This document shows positions 1 to 11,174 of a stretch of 64,000 nucleotides of DNA, piece by piece. The notes under the pieces are model-generated. The model saw only the letters and a list, made by a program, of their open reading frames with translations, made no database searches and had not been told where the DNA came from. The DNA is from Naegleria gruberi. Its lineage: Eukaryota. A program made the position numbers and the translations under genes. Position 1 is the stretch's first letter. Every line of letters begins with the position of its first letter. The DNA is taken from the NCBI GenBank assembly GCA_000004985.1, contig GG738848.1; one strand, 5' to 3'.

Positions 1-1523
1 GAAGGAAAACGATTGATTGATAATTCGACGTCTGTAAATCTTCCATTGGAGGAGCAGCAACCAACAAAGAAGAAGAAGAAAAAAGCAGAACAAATTTCAC
101 CTGAATTGCAAACCTATCTCTCGAATCCTTTCTCTATCCTAGAAAGGTATGTAATTTTTATTGGATGAATTGTTAGTTAACTAACAACAATGTTATTTAT
201 ATCGGAAAAGAACTGAGATTGGTAAAATGACAGAACAGTTTTTGGGAGTTATTGGAAAATCAATTTTCTATGTTGTTATTATTGTGTATTTATTTGGAGA
301 TTTGGCAATTTATGCTGTTTCAGTACCAACATCTTTACTGAAGGTTACAGGACCTATGTTTGGATTGGATCCAAAATCAACTTATTATATTTATTTGGGA
401 ATCTTCTCGTGTATTGTGGTTCCTTTCAGTTTCTTCAATTTCCAAAAGACTAAATATTTGCAGTACATGACACTTGCAACAAGAAATATTGCATTCTTCT
501 TGATGATTTTGCTCAGTTTAATTTTCATTATTGAAGGAAATGGATCAACTAAGAATCTTCAATTCTTTAATTTTTCTATGGAAAGTTTTTCAAAGCTCTT
601 TTCAATTTCAATTTATGCATTTATGTGTCACCACTCTCTTCCATCCATTATTTCTCCAATTCACGATAAGAGAAGATTAACAATCATGTTTGTGGTTGAC
701 TTTGTAATGATTTTCTTTGCTTATGGTATGTAGATTTCATGAGTTGCATTTGAGATAACATTTTGATTAGTTTGCATGTGTTATGTAGCAGTTTTTGCTT
801 TTGGAGAACAACCTTTTGAAACATGTTCAAACAGAATTCATGATGGACCACCATGTGAAATTCAAGCATTATTTACTTTGAATTTCACCACTTATCGTTA
901 CACCTTAATTGCTGCCTTCTTGGCTCTCTTCCCAGTTTTCACACTCACCAGTAACTATCCTCTTATTGCCATTACCTTGAGAAATAATACTCAAATTTTG
1001 TTCGAAAAAGTCAAAATCATTCACGAGTGGAAATATAACTCATATCTCTTCTCTGCTCTTGCCTCAATTCCTCCAATCATCCTTGCTTTTGCCTATCAAA
1101 ATATTTCAACACTAGTCAGTTTTACTGGTGGTTTTGCTGGATTATTCATTCAGGTAAGTTAATCTTGAGAATATCTTAATAATTTTATTTACACACAATT
1201 AATAGTGCATTTTCCCAACTCTCCTTGCAGTATTTGCAAGAGTAAAAGTTATGAAAATGGAAGAGGAATTAGAAAATGAATCATCCTACTCAATCAATGC
1301 TGAAGAACCACCAGTTCAAACCAAATCAGAGGCCCTGAAGAAACTTGGTAAGAAGATTTTTGTTTTCCTTTTCACAACACCAAGAAGAATCCTCAAAAAT
1401 CCTCACACCAGTCCATTCTCTCAAGGTTATTGGGTTATTGGCATTTTGTTATTCTCTCTCTTTGCTCTCGTTGTTAACAGTTACTCTTTAATTAAGTGTG
1501 ACATTTTACAAGAATGTAAATAA
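1..1523 (+). CDS. Amino-acid transporter family (Aa_trans-like) multi-pass membrane protein. 5' end lies outside the window. Multi-exon: approx 1..146, 211..725, 789..1153, about 1231..1523.
   Basis: The open frame runs from base 1 to a GTATGT donor at 147. An AG acceptor at 210 rejoins in frame with ORF 227..733 (hydrophobic TM segments, FMCHHSLP motif typical of Aa_trans). GTATGT donor at 726 and tag acceptor at 788 lead into ORF 776..1162. GTAAGT donor at 1154, then a last exon containing ORF 1251..1523 with a TM segment. The exon 3/4 junction is not resolved. Confidence 0.5.
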
Positions 1524-1700
1524 AAATCAATTAAATATACCCAACTAACAGCAACAAGAACAGCCAATAAATTACATGGTAATTGCAGCTTAGACATTAT
1601 TACTGAGTAAATGAGGAAGGTTGTTGAATAATCTCTTTTCTATCAGCTTTCTAAATGAATTGAGGCGCGAATCACGTTCTTTTTTTAGCCTTCAAAAAAT

Positions 1701-3925
1701 ATGCAAGAACCTCCATCATCGTCATCAGAAGGAAGTGATAATTCATCTACATCAGCAAAACCGAAAGTCATTGAATTGGCTAATATTAAAATACAACATC
1801 AACGCCAACCTCATGTTGAAGTAGTGGAAAATTCACCTTTAAAAACACCAACAGTCAAATATAACGTCGACGATGAGGATAGTGATGATGAAGAAGTTGT
1901 ACAACAATCAAGAGGCAGAGTTGCCGAACATCAAAGTCTATTAAATGGGGAAACGGAACGTGAACATCTCGGAGTCACAAATCTAGATGCCTTCTTTCAA
2001 CAAGTTTATGTATACTTCTATGAAAAAGGCTTTTGGTGCATGTTGGTAGATAGATGTCTACGATTATGGTTTGTTTCGAATATTATTACATTGTTTATTT
2101 ACAATATTATTACAGTACTGTATTTTTCATGATGATATTCTCAACTTTCCTATTTGTATTTCTAAATTGGTATGATATGTGGCATTGTCAGGATGTTGCT
2201 TGTAAAACAGTTCCAGTTTTTCGTAAAAATGTTTGGACAATGAATGCCTTCCATATTGTTGTCCTCTTATTTGAATTCGTTGTTTGTTTTTATTGGATGT
2301 ATTTACTTGTAAAATATCTGAGGGATTTATTGGGAATGTTATCAATCAAACACTTTTTCAATACTGAACTTAATATAACTGAGAAGGATATTCAAACTAT
2401 TCAATGGGTTGAAGTTGTAGAAAAGATTATTGAATTCCAAAATAAGAAAAAGATTAATATTATCAAAAACGTAGACGAATTCGGTATGTATGATTGATTT
2501 TAAACAGTTTTACTGATTGTTATTTAATTAGATATTTTAAACCGTATTATGAGAAAAGAAAATTACTTGATATCATTCATCAATAAGGATGTTATGAATC
2601 TAACACTTCCATTCTCTCAGAAAACTTATCTCTCTGAAATTATTGTTTATAACTTGAGAATTGTTGTAGATAACATGTTCGATAGCGAATTCAAAATTAA
2701 TGAGGCCTTTGTAAAAAACCCAAATGCTCTCAGAGCTTTCTTTGTAAAATTGGGTCTCATTAATTTATTACTCGCACCATTTTTACTTATATATATTATT
2801 TTGTACACTTCATTTAAATACTTAGCCGTAAGTTTTCAGATTGTTTAGTTTAAATTATTTATCATTCAAAAGGAGCTCAAAAACGATCCAAAGAAAGCAC
2901 TTGGAAGAAGGTGGTCATTATATTCCACATTCAAATTCAGAGAGTATCATGAACTTGCTCATGAATATGAGAGAAGACTAAAGGAAGGCTATGGCCCATC
3001 TATTGATTATTTAAATCAATTCCCTAATGTCTTACTTTCTATTGTTGCTAATAGAGCAATGTTTTTTATATCAGCAATAGCCGGAGTAATAATTGTACTT
3101 TCATACTTGAATAACTCACTTACTCTTTATTTGACAGTATTTAATCAAAACTTATTGACTTGGTTGACAACTTTATTATTGGGTTGGGCATTTGCTAAGG
3201 GATTTGTAATTGACGAACATGCCGTTTTCAATCCAAAACAAAAGCTAGATGATGTTTGTGAAATTTTACACCACCACGATCTTAAATGGAAGGGTAAAGG
3301 TCACCATCACGATGTGAGAGATGACTTTGTTGCCCATTTCATTCCTAGCTATTCCTACTTCTTGAATGAAATTGTCAGTGTATTTGTAACACCTATTATC
3401 CTCATTATTTCATTACCAAGAAGTGCAGAGAGAATATCCTCCTTTGTTGATCAAATCACTGTTGATTATCATGGATTAGGACATATTTGTGGTCATGCTG
3501 CATTCAAATTTAATGAATTTGGTAATGATATGTACGGTAGTCAAACTCTTGGAGGTACCAAGCATGCTGCTTCTGAGCATGGTAAAATGGAGTTATCATA
3601 TCTCAGCTTTGTGAATAGATATCCAAACTACAAACCAAAGGATGACAATGGAGAAAAGGCATTTATCAATAACCTTAATCAATCTATTCTTGCAAAGAAG
3701 GAAACCATTAAGGAACAACAACAGCAAGTAGAGCAACCTCCTGTTCAACAACAAGCTGCCAAATTCTCTCCAGTTGTCATAGTGCAACCACCAAGAGAAA
3801 ATACTCTTCGTCCTCCTGTACAAAATGATCTCTCTGAGTCTAGACTTCTTTTCAATATGTTGGAAAGTCAATATCAAATTAGAATGGACCAATCTATGAA
3901 TCAGTCAACCTGGAGAAGAAAATAA
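1701..3925 (+). CDS. ATG9: Autophagy protein ATG9, join(1701..2068,2116..2483,2532..2827,2873..3925)
   Basis: Four ORF-track pieces are in compatible phases once introns of 47, 48 and 45 nt are removed (donors GTTTGT, GTATGT, GTAAGT; acceptors acag, ttag, aaag). Conserved ATG9 core motifs are present: LDAFFQQVYVYFYEKGFWCML and ILNRIMRKENYLISFINK. Multiple TM segments. Confidence 0.8.
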
Positions 3926-3934
3926 ACAAATGAT

Positions 3935-4600
3935 TTATTCCATTAAGAAAATTCTGTTTGCAATATCATCAACAATCCAGTCAATACCCTCCGAAATACC
4001 TTCACCAGTTATGGCACTACACCTTTCAACATGAATGTGTCTTGTTGTCTTTGAAGACTTTTGTTCATAGAGGATAGATTCACCAGAGGTAACTACTGTT
4101 GTCTCTGTTGTTTGAGATAATTGTTCCAATCCAAGGAATTTAGCAATATCACTAACACTAAGGGCATTATCTAAATCGGATTTGTTAGCAAGGATCAATA
4201 AACTTGCACCTGCCAATTTTTCCTCTCCTAACAAGAGATTTAATTCTCTCTTACAATCTTCCAATCTGTCAGTATCGGCACTATCAATTACCCAAATCAA
4301 TCCATCTGTATTTTCAAAATAATTTCTCCAATAACTTCTGATTGATTTTTGACCTCCAATATCCCAGAAATTAACCTTAAATGTATTATTAGTTGGTGTT
4401 TGAGCTACATCTTTTGATGCATCCTTTTCATAATAAATTGTGTCAATATTAAATCCTAGTGTTGGAGAAATTTCATCAAGAGGTTGATTTTTCAGCTTTT
4501 TAACGATCGTTGTTTTTCCTGCGTTATCCAACCCGAGAATAAGTACTCTCATTTGTCTTTCCTGTTCACGGAGCTTTTTCAAAATACTCATAAGACCCAT
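3935..4600 (-). CDS. ARL2: ARF-like small GTPase, ARL2-like
   Basis: 221 aa ORF with ATG confirmed at 4598-4600. G1 [26 protein letters not shown]. The N-terminus [31 protein letters not shown] closely matches the ARL2 N-terminus. Carries two short insertions relative to ARL2. Confidence 0.8.
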   Translation of the reverse strand: MGLMSILKKLREQERQMRVLILGLDNAGKTTIVKKLKNQPLDEISPTLGFNIDTIYYEKDASKDVAQTPTNNTFKVNFWDIGGQKSIRSYWRNYFENTDGLIWVIDSADTDRLEDCKRELNLLLGEEKLAGASLLILANKSDLDNALSVSDIAKFLGLEQLSQTTETTVVTSGESILYEQKSSKTTRHIHVERCSAITGEGISEGIDWIVDDIANRIFLME

Positions 4601-4970
4601 TGTATTGTATTCGGAAGTGTATTAAAATGTGTACAAAATTGTGAGGAGCAAAGAAGGTGATATTCTTTCTTTTTTTTGATTTTGAAAATTGAAAAAGGCG
4701 CCAACACTACCTACAACAACTTTTCGAAGAAAATACAAAATACTGTGGAAGTGAGAACTACAATCGGTAGTAAGGAATATAATTTTGTAAACTTTAATAA
4801 GATATTAATATATTAATATTATAAATTTAATGGAACAATATCTAATATAATTTTTTTAAATTGTTATCCTTAAAATATCCACCTTCTCAATATTAAATAT
4901 TTTGTAATCCTTCCAATAATTATCATCATCACATTAAATATTTAATTCTAAATATCCGATAATCTATTTT

Positions 4971-6763
4971 ATGAAATTCAATCAAAAAAAAATGTCCAAA
5001 CAACTAGTCCGAAATGTTCTCCTCCAAACAAGCAAGAGAAGTTTTCATACCAGTGCTCAATTAAAGAAGGATTACATCTTGGGAGTTTATAAAGATGGAA
5101 GTTTTTCTCCATCAGCCTATAATTTATTATCGGAACAATTCTTGTCATCACCATTCTTTACAAAGAAGGATTGGAAGGAAGGAAAGATTTCTCTGATTGA
5201 TTGTGGAATGTTTTTTGATGGAAATAAGTGTAGTATTGCAAAGAATGAAATTACTACTGATGATAGAATAGTTTTTGTTGGTTTGGGAGAAAAGGATGTT
5301 TCTACAAAGAAAATTTCATACAAGAAGAAGTTGTTTAAGGAACAATTTGGTCAACATGAAATTGTTGATATTAATCAACCAAGTGTTAGAGATTTGGCCC
5401 AAAAAGCTGTTCAAGCCTTGTTGTCTGATGTTAAAAAACCAAAGGAAGAAAAATCTGAAAAGTCTGAAGAAGAGGAAAATGATTCTACTCTTGAAGTTTT
5501 CATTGATGATTTGACTAATGGTCAAGAAGCAGTTGAAGGATTAAAACTTGGAAGTTGGAAGTTTATTAAATTGTCAAAGAAAACTGCCAGTAAGACACTC
5601 AATCAATTATCTGAAGGAAAGGTTAATGTTTCTTCTAATATTGAAAAGGAAGTTATTGATAGAGCTATTATTTATTCTGATGCTCAAAACTTTTCAGCAT
5701 ACTTGTCTGAATTACCTGCCAACTATCTCACTCCAAAGTTGTTCTGTAAAACAGTAACTGAAAAATTCCAAACTGAATTGGGTGATTTACTCTCAAAGGA
5801 AAATTCACCATTAACCATCAAGGAACACGACAAGAAATGGTGTGAAGAAATGAAGATGGGATCTTTCTTGGGTGTTTCTCAAGGATCTGCTGAGGAGCCA
5901 AGAGTGTTAGAAATTACATTCATGAATAATCCAAAAGATAACACCAACTTTGATATTATCTATGTCGGTAAGGGTATCACTTTTGATTCTGGTGGTATTT
6001 CAATTAAACCAGCTGCAGGAATGAAAGATATGAAGGGAGACATGTCAGGTGCTGGATCTGTTATGGCAACCATGTTGGCTGTTTGTAAATTGAATCTTCC
6101 TGTCAATATCAAGTGTATTGCCATGTTGTGTGAAGTAAGTACATTACAATATTTCATTCATAATTAACATTTGAAAGAATATGCCATCCTCCACTGCCTA
6201 TAAACCAGGTGATGTCATTACAGCAAGAAATGGTAAAACCATTGAAGTTGATAACACTGACGCTGAAGGTAGATTGGCTCTTGCTGATGGTTTGTGTTAT
6301 GCTTCAGAATTCAAACCAAATCATTTGATTGATGTTGCCACTCTTACAGGTGCTTGTGTTGTTGCTTTGGGAACCAAATTGACTGGTTGTTATACCTCAA
6401 CTAATGACATGTGGAAGAGATTTGAAAAGTCAGGTATTAACACAAAGGATTATGTAAGTATTTCACAATCTCATCAAATTTCTGACAATTATTCCAATCT
6501 AATAGATGTGGAGAATGCCATTCATGCCAACTGAATATGAAAAGCAAAATGAAAGCAATGTTGCCCATGTCAAGAACTCTGGAGGTAGAAATGCTGGCAG
6601 TATCACTGCTTGTTGTTTCTTATCCGAATTTGTTGATTTTGAAAAGGTTCCAAATTATGCCCATCTCGATATTGCTGGAACCAATTCAGATGCTAAGGGA
6701 ATTCACAATGGTCGACCAACAAGAGCTCTTATTGAATATGTAAGACTCTTACAAGAAGAATAA
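4971..6763 (+). CDS. Leucyl aminopeptidase (M17 family), join(4971..6134,6178..6453,6506..6763), with a presequence-like N-terminus
   Basis: GTAAGT donors at 6135 and 6454. Acceptors aaag at 6177 and aatag at 6505. All junctions are phase 0. M17 catalytic motif NTDAEGRL and C-terminal ...[12 protein letters not shown]... are conserved. Confidence 0.85.
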
Positions 6764-7013
6764 ACCCTTATTATTATTAATACCTTGATGCAATAATATT
6801 TTCTCTAGAGATTGTCACAGTTTCGGCAACAATTTCGTTCCACTCTTATACAATGTTGCTTAAGAGCTTGATAGTAAACTAAATGAGCACGAAAATGAAT
6901 GAAATATAAAAATCTCTCTAACAGGATAACTAACTTTTGGGAAGATTTAGGATTACTTGCCATCTTTCGTCAGGTTTATTTAAAAAGAAAGCCCTCAAAG
7001 GCCATAAGCATCA

Positions 7014-8492
7014 ATGTTAACTGTGCCTTGTGCCACAACAGAATTCGAAACAATTACCGGTGCCACAGACATTTCGGGCAAAGTAAAAGAAACACAAAAA
7101 ACAATAGAAACAACGAGAAGATCTTCCATTGCAGATATTTCAGAGAGTTACCCAAGTGAATTTTCATTTCATTCAAATTCGTATCTACCACCTGCTAACT
7201 ATTCGAATCCTTCCGAAACCGTTGATGATCACCAACAAGAACCAACAACACTCATTGATCAACTCATACAAACTTTTGACGAATTAATAATTGATAAATT
7301 AGTGATGGGATTACTTACACCAAGAAAAAGAGAACGATTCTCTCTAAATCATCAACATTCGAATAATAATTTAACACCTCTCAGTCCAATAACAAACAGA
7401 AAATCAACACAATCCATGCCAACAACTCCTGTTGGTGAAGATGATTTTGTGAGGATCATGTTGGTGAGTGGAGAAAATTGGGGAGTTGGACAATCATCAA
7501 TTGCAAAGAGATTTGTTTTAAACCAATTTGTAGAGGAAAAGGATTCGGATTTTGTTTCGAAACATGTTTCTAAAAGTTATTCGAAAGAGATTATTCTTCG
7601 AACAGCAACACAAGAAAAGAATAATTTAACACTCCTTGAAGAAAATAACAATAGAATGAAGGAAAATGTTACTGGAAGTGTCGAATCAATTTATTACACA
7701 ACACCACAAATGGCAAATAATAATTTACTAACAATAGGACAGCAGCAGCAACATTCGAATAGTGTTGGGCTTAGTAGTGAAAGGATGAGTTATTTGTATG
7801 ATCAGCAGACAAATGCTTCACCTTCAACTCATTCTCTACTTTCTAATGCTTCATCATCAGTTTCTAATAGTTCAGAATCTTTACTTTTTCATCCAAGAAG
7901 CAATGTAATACTCCAAATTGAAGATTATGTTCCATCCTATATTACTGATTTGGAAACAACCGATGATAGATTATCAAATTGTGAAAATTATTATGATGAA
8001 CAGTTTTATTTGGAATTTAAGAGAAATCAACAAGATTATTATTATGAAAAAGATGTTTTCCTGATTTGTTTTGATGGAAAGAATGAGGATTTTTTGAATT
8101 ATGTGTACAATGAGATTGAAACTATTCGAAATGCATGTGATGAATTCACTGAATATAAAATAATTGCCTTAGTTTTGACTAAACAAGATCTCAACAAGGA
8201 ACAAAATCAAGCAAATGAGGAAATTCATGCCACCACCAGTACTACTATTCTATCTGAGGAGAAACGAGAACAAATGATTGAAAAATTATTGGAAGAAACT
8301 AAATTGGAATTGTTTAGAGTGAGTGCCAAGGATAATGTCAATATTCAGGAATTATTCCAACAAATGGCAGAGAAGGCAATTGCTGTAAAGGAAAAGAAAT
8401 CAAGACTCAAAGCAAAACTGAAAAAGAAAATGGACACTCATCAACATAATAGACAATATGAACAACAAAAACATAAATGTTTATTACAATAA
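7014..8492 (+). CDS. Divergent Ras-superfamily-like GTPase-domain protein (possible pseudo-GTPase) with a long N/S-rich insert
   Basis: ATG at 7014. P-loop-like MLVSGENWGVGQSS lacks the GKS/T. Later DVFLICFDG and IALVLTKQDL sit at G3/G4-like positions. Low-complexity S/N-rich middle. Lys-rich C-terminus. Confidence 0.45.
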   Translation: MLTVPCATTEFETITGATDISGKVKETQKTIETTRRSSIADISESYPSEFSFHSNSYLPPANYSNPSETVDDHQQEPTTLIDQLIQTFDELIIDKLVMGLLTPRKRERFSLNHQHSNNNLTPLSPITNRKSTQSMPTTPVGEDDFVRIMLVSGENWGVGQSSIAKRFVLNQFVEEKDSDFVSKHVSKSYSKEIILRTATQEKNNLTLLEENNNRMKENVTGSVESIYYTTPQMANNNLLTIGQQQQHSNSVGLSSERMSYLYDQQTNASPSTHSLLSNASSSVSNSSESLLFHPRSNVILQIEDYVPSYITDLETTDDRLSNCENYYDEQFYLEFKRNQQDYYYEKDVFLICFDGKNEDFLNYVYNEIETIRNACDEFTEYKIIALVLTKQDLNKEQNQANEEIHATTSTTILSEEKREQMIEKLLEETKLELFRVSAKDNVNIQELFQQMAEKAIAVKEKKSRLKAKLKKKMDTHQHNRQYEQQKHKCLLQ

Positions 8493-8679
8493 TTTGATAA
8501 TTAGATTTGGAGCATTTCATTGTAATCTACTCGTTCGAATACAAAAGCAAGCTGCAGTTGATGAAGACCTCCAAACAGCTACTACTTCCTCACAATTTCC
8601 AGAAACAATTCGTTAGCTCCTACTGAATATAAAATTTCAAAAATTAACAATTGTGATTGCAAAAGTTTTGGTTTTGCTA

Positions 8680-9618
8680 TCAGTGAAAGAATTGAATAGC
8701 ATTTCCATTAAGAATCATTTCCAGTAGTCCTAATTGTTGATCCACACAAATTGCTTTAACTATTCCATCAATTTCTTTGGTTTGTTTGTTAATCAAATTA
8801 AAATTCATGTCAATGTGAAATATTTTCAACCAAGTTTTAGGTTCCAAATTCAAAGAATAATAAATATAAATATTATTGGAATTTCTGTCATAATTCATTA
8901 AATATTCTGCTGAAAAATTAATTTCATATCTGCTTGATGAAACCCACTCATGATCACTCACTTTCCTATATATTTGAATATCCTTAACATTACAATAAAT
9001 AATCTCAGTATCTGAAATTGCATCAATCGCATAACAGCAATAAAAGGAAGGAAGATTATTCTTGATTGGCATTCCATCAGAACATTTATAACACTTGGTA
9101 TCTATGGATGAGTATTCAGCAGTGATTAGTATCCTTTCATTATCTAAATTTAGTGTTGTCATGCTAAAAGTTTCGTTTAATCCAAAGCTCCATAATTCGT
9201 CTCCAATTCCACTCAACCATTTGCTAAGTAAATATTTACAACACTTGTAATTGTTTGAGGAATCTTTGGTAATTATATAAATCTCATCGAATTCTTCATT
9301 AATTGTTGAACAAATGTAATCATTTCGGAAATTTATAATATTCGAAACTTTTCTATTATTTCTATTCAGTATAATAATTTCGTTTGGATAGAAAATAAGA
9401 ATACAATCAAATCGATAGGCAATTTTCAAATCACAATATGCTATCTCTTTGGAATTAATTTCTATTGGAATGTCATGAACTAGATCAAAATTCATGGAAA
9501 ATATTCGCTTGGCAGGTGACATTAATTTTGATTTCAACCAAACTTCAAGAATCTCATAATCATCTTCTAGTCTTGTTGAAGTTTTACGAAAATCAATCAA
9601 AGAAACAACAAAAAACAT
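8680..9618 (-). CDS. Hypothetical protein (about 312 aa)
   Basis: Long ORF 8680..9633. The first in-frame ATG is at 9618; the track M at 9633 is TTG. No recognised domain. Confidence 0.4.
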   Translation of the reverse strand: MFFVVSLIDFRKTSTRLEDDYEILEVWLKSKLMSPAKRIFSMNFDLVHDIPIEINSKEIAYCDLKIAYRFDCILIFYPNEIIILNRNNRKVSNIINFRNDYICSTINEEFDEIYIITKDSSNNYKCCKYLLSKWLSGIGDELWSFGLNETFSMTTLNLDNERILITAEYSSIDTKCYKCSDGMPIKNNLPSFYCCYAIDAISDTEIIYCNVKDIQIYRKVSDHEWVSSSRYEINFSAEYLMNYDRNSNNIYIYYSLNLEPKTWLKIFHIDMNFNLINKQTKEIDGIVKAICVDQQLGLLEMILNGNAIQFFH

Positions 9619-9833
9619 TTTTTTACATGTCAAATATCATTTTACCAGTGTTATGATTGGAAGCAAAATGTTCATAATTTTACAATCAAAGAAATTTGGT
9701 CTTCCCTGAATCTAAAAACACCTGACTTCTCAACGTGCAAAATTAGCTTTGCCTGGCTTTAAATCTGAAATGAGAATTGCTGAATCCTGTCCGAACAACA
9801 AAAAAAAAACACCAAAATCCTACCCAGCTTTCA

Positions 9834-10937
9834 ATGTCAGCATCTCCCATAATTTTCGACCTTGGAATTTTCGAACAAGAGTTTCCATTGTTTATCGGAC
9901 CGAATCAAGAAGAAGCATATGATTTTAAAGCAGCTGCATCAAGTGATGAAAATGATGATTTTGAGGTTGATAAGGAGTGTCATGATAAAGTAACTTCAAT
10001 CTTTAGAGATGATGATCAACAACCAATCGTTGATAATCAACAACAAGAAGGTGCCACAGTCAGCCATGATAACCATACTGCTCAAATTTCTTCATCAAGT
10101 GTTGGTGATGATGATGATGATATCTTTCTGAAAGAAGATGACATATTCAGCCATGATAGCAGTACTGCTCAAATTTCCTCATCAAATACTAATAGTGGTA
10201 TTGGTAATGAGTGTAACACTGAAACTGGTTATGAAAGTTTGGCTTTCCAGGTTTCTAACCTTCCTGATTGTACAACAGGTTCCAGTCAGAACACATTGCA
10301 ATGTGCAACCATTTCAATGGAAGACAATAGAAAATCTTCCAGTCGATTTGACACCTCTGCACAAGTGAAGAAGGGCAGAAGAAAGCACTCCCCCAAAAAA
10401 TTAGCTGAACAGAAAGAAGAGGAAAAGCAGGTCAAGAAGGTTGTGGAAACACAAGAAAATCCAACACTTAAATGGGAACACACAAAGATATGTTCTAAGA
10501 ATACATATTTGGAGATTGATATTGGAGAGAGAGAATTCTCTTTAAGTATTGAAGTATTCCAAACTGGCACTGGAAGCCATGGACCACTCGAAGAACTTAA
10601 GGAACACATACAAAAAGTTAGTGATCTTTCGATAACAATTCAAAACTTGAACACCACAGAGAAAAATTATATTTCCCTACAAGATCATCTCCCGAAAGCC
10701 ACATGCAAAGAACGTAAAAAAACAACTTGGATCAAACTTGGTGGTGGAGACTATTTGTTTTTGTGTTGTGATGGACACAAATTCGAAAATGCGCATAATT
10801 TTATTTCAATCAATAACCAGGGCATTAGAACTCGAAACCAAAATCTCAATCAATACTCCAAAAAGTGCAAAAAAGATGCAACTCGTTTAATAATTAGTTC
10901 AGACCTATCTGAGTTAAACACTCTTAAGAAGCAATGA
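9834..10937 (+). CDS. Hypothetical acidic Ser/Asp-rich protein with an internal duplicated segment
   Basis: ORF 9777..10937. The track start is TTG and the first ATG is at 9834. Internal duplicated motif HD(N/S)(H/S)TAQISSS. Confidence 0.4.
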   Translation: MSASPIIFDLGIFEQEFPLFIGPNQEEAYDFKAAASSDENDDFEVDKECHDKVTSIFRDDDQQPIVDNQQQEGATVSHDNHTAQISSSSVGDDDDDIFLKEDDIFSHDSSTAQISSSNTNSGIGNECNTETGYESLAFQVSNLPDCTTGSSQNTLQCATISMEDNRKSSSRFDTSAQVKKGRRKHSPKKLAEQKEEEKQVKKVVETQENPTLKWEHTKICSKNTYLEIDIGEREFSLSIEVFQTGTGSHGPLEELKEHIQKVSDLSITIQNLNTTEKNYISLQDHLPKATCKERKKTTWIKLGGGDYLFLCCDGHKFENAHNFISINNQGIRTRNQNLNQYSKKCKKDATRLIISSDLSELNTLKKQ

Positions 10938-11174
10938 ACAATGAACAATACGACACATTATTATTTCAAGATGTTACCAGAACTGCCACACCCAGTGTAT
11001 GACAGTTCTTGTACAGTATTTGAAATAATAATATGGAACATTGTTTAATAAAAATACCTTACTTGAATTTTAATGATTGTAAATACTAATTTCTGAAGAA
11101 TAGGTTCTAAGCGTCGATAATTTAGTGGTCCATAGAATACATGGATTTGTGAAATGTAAGTCAACTGATTAATT

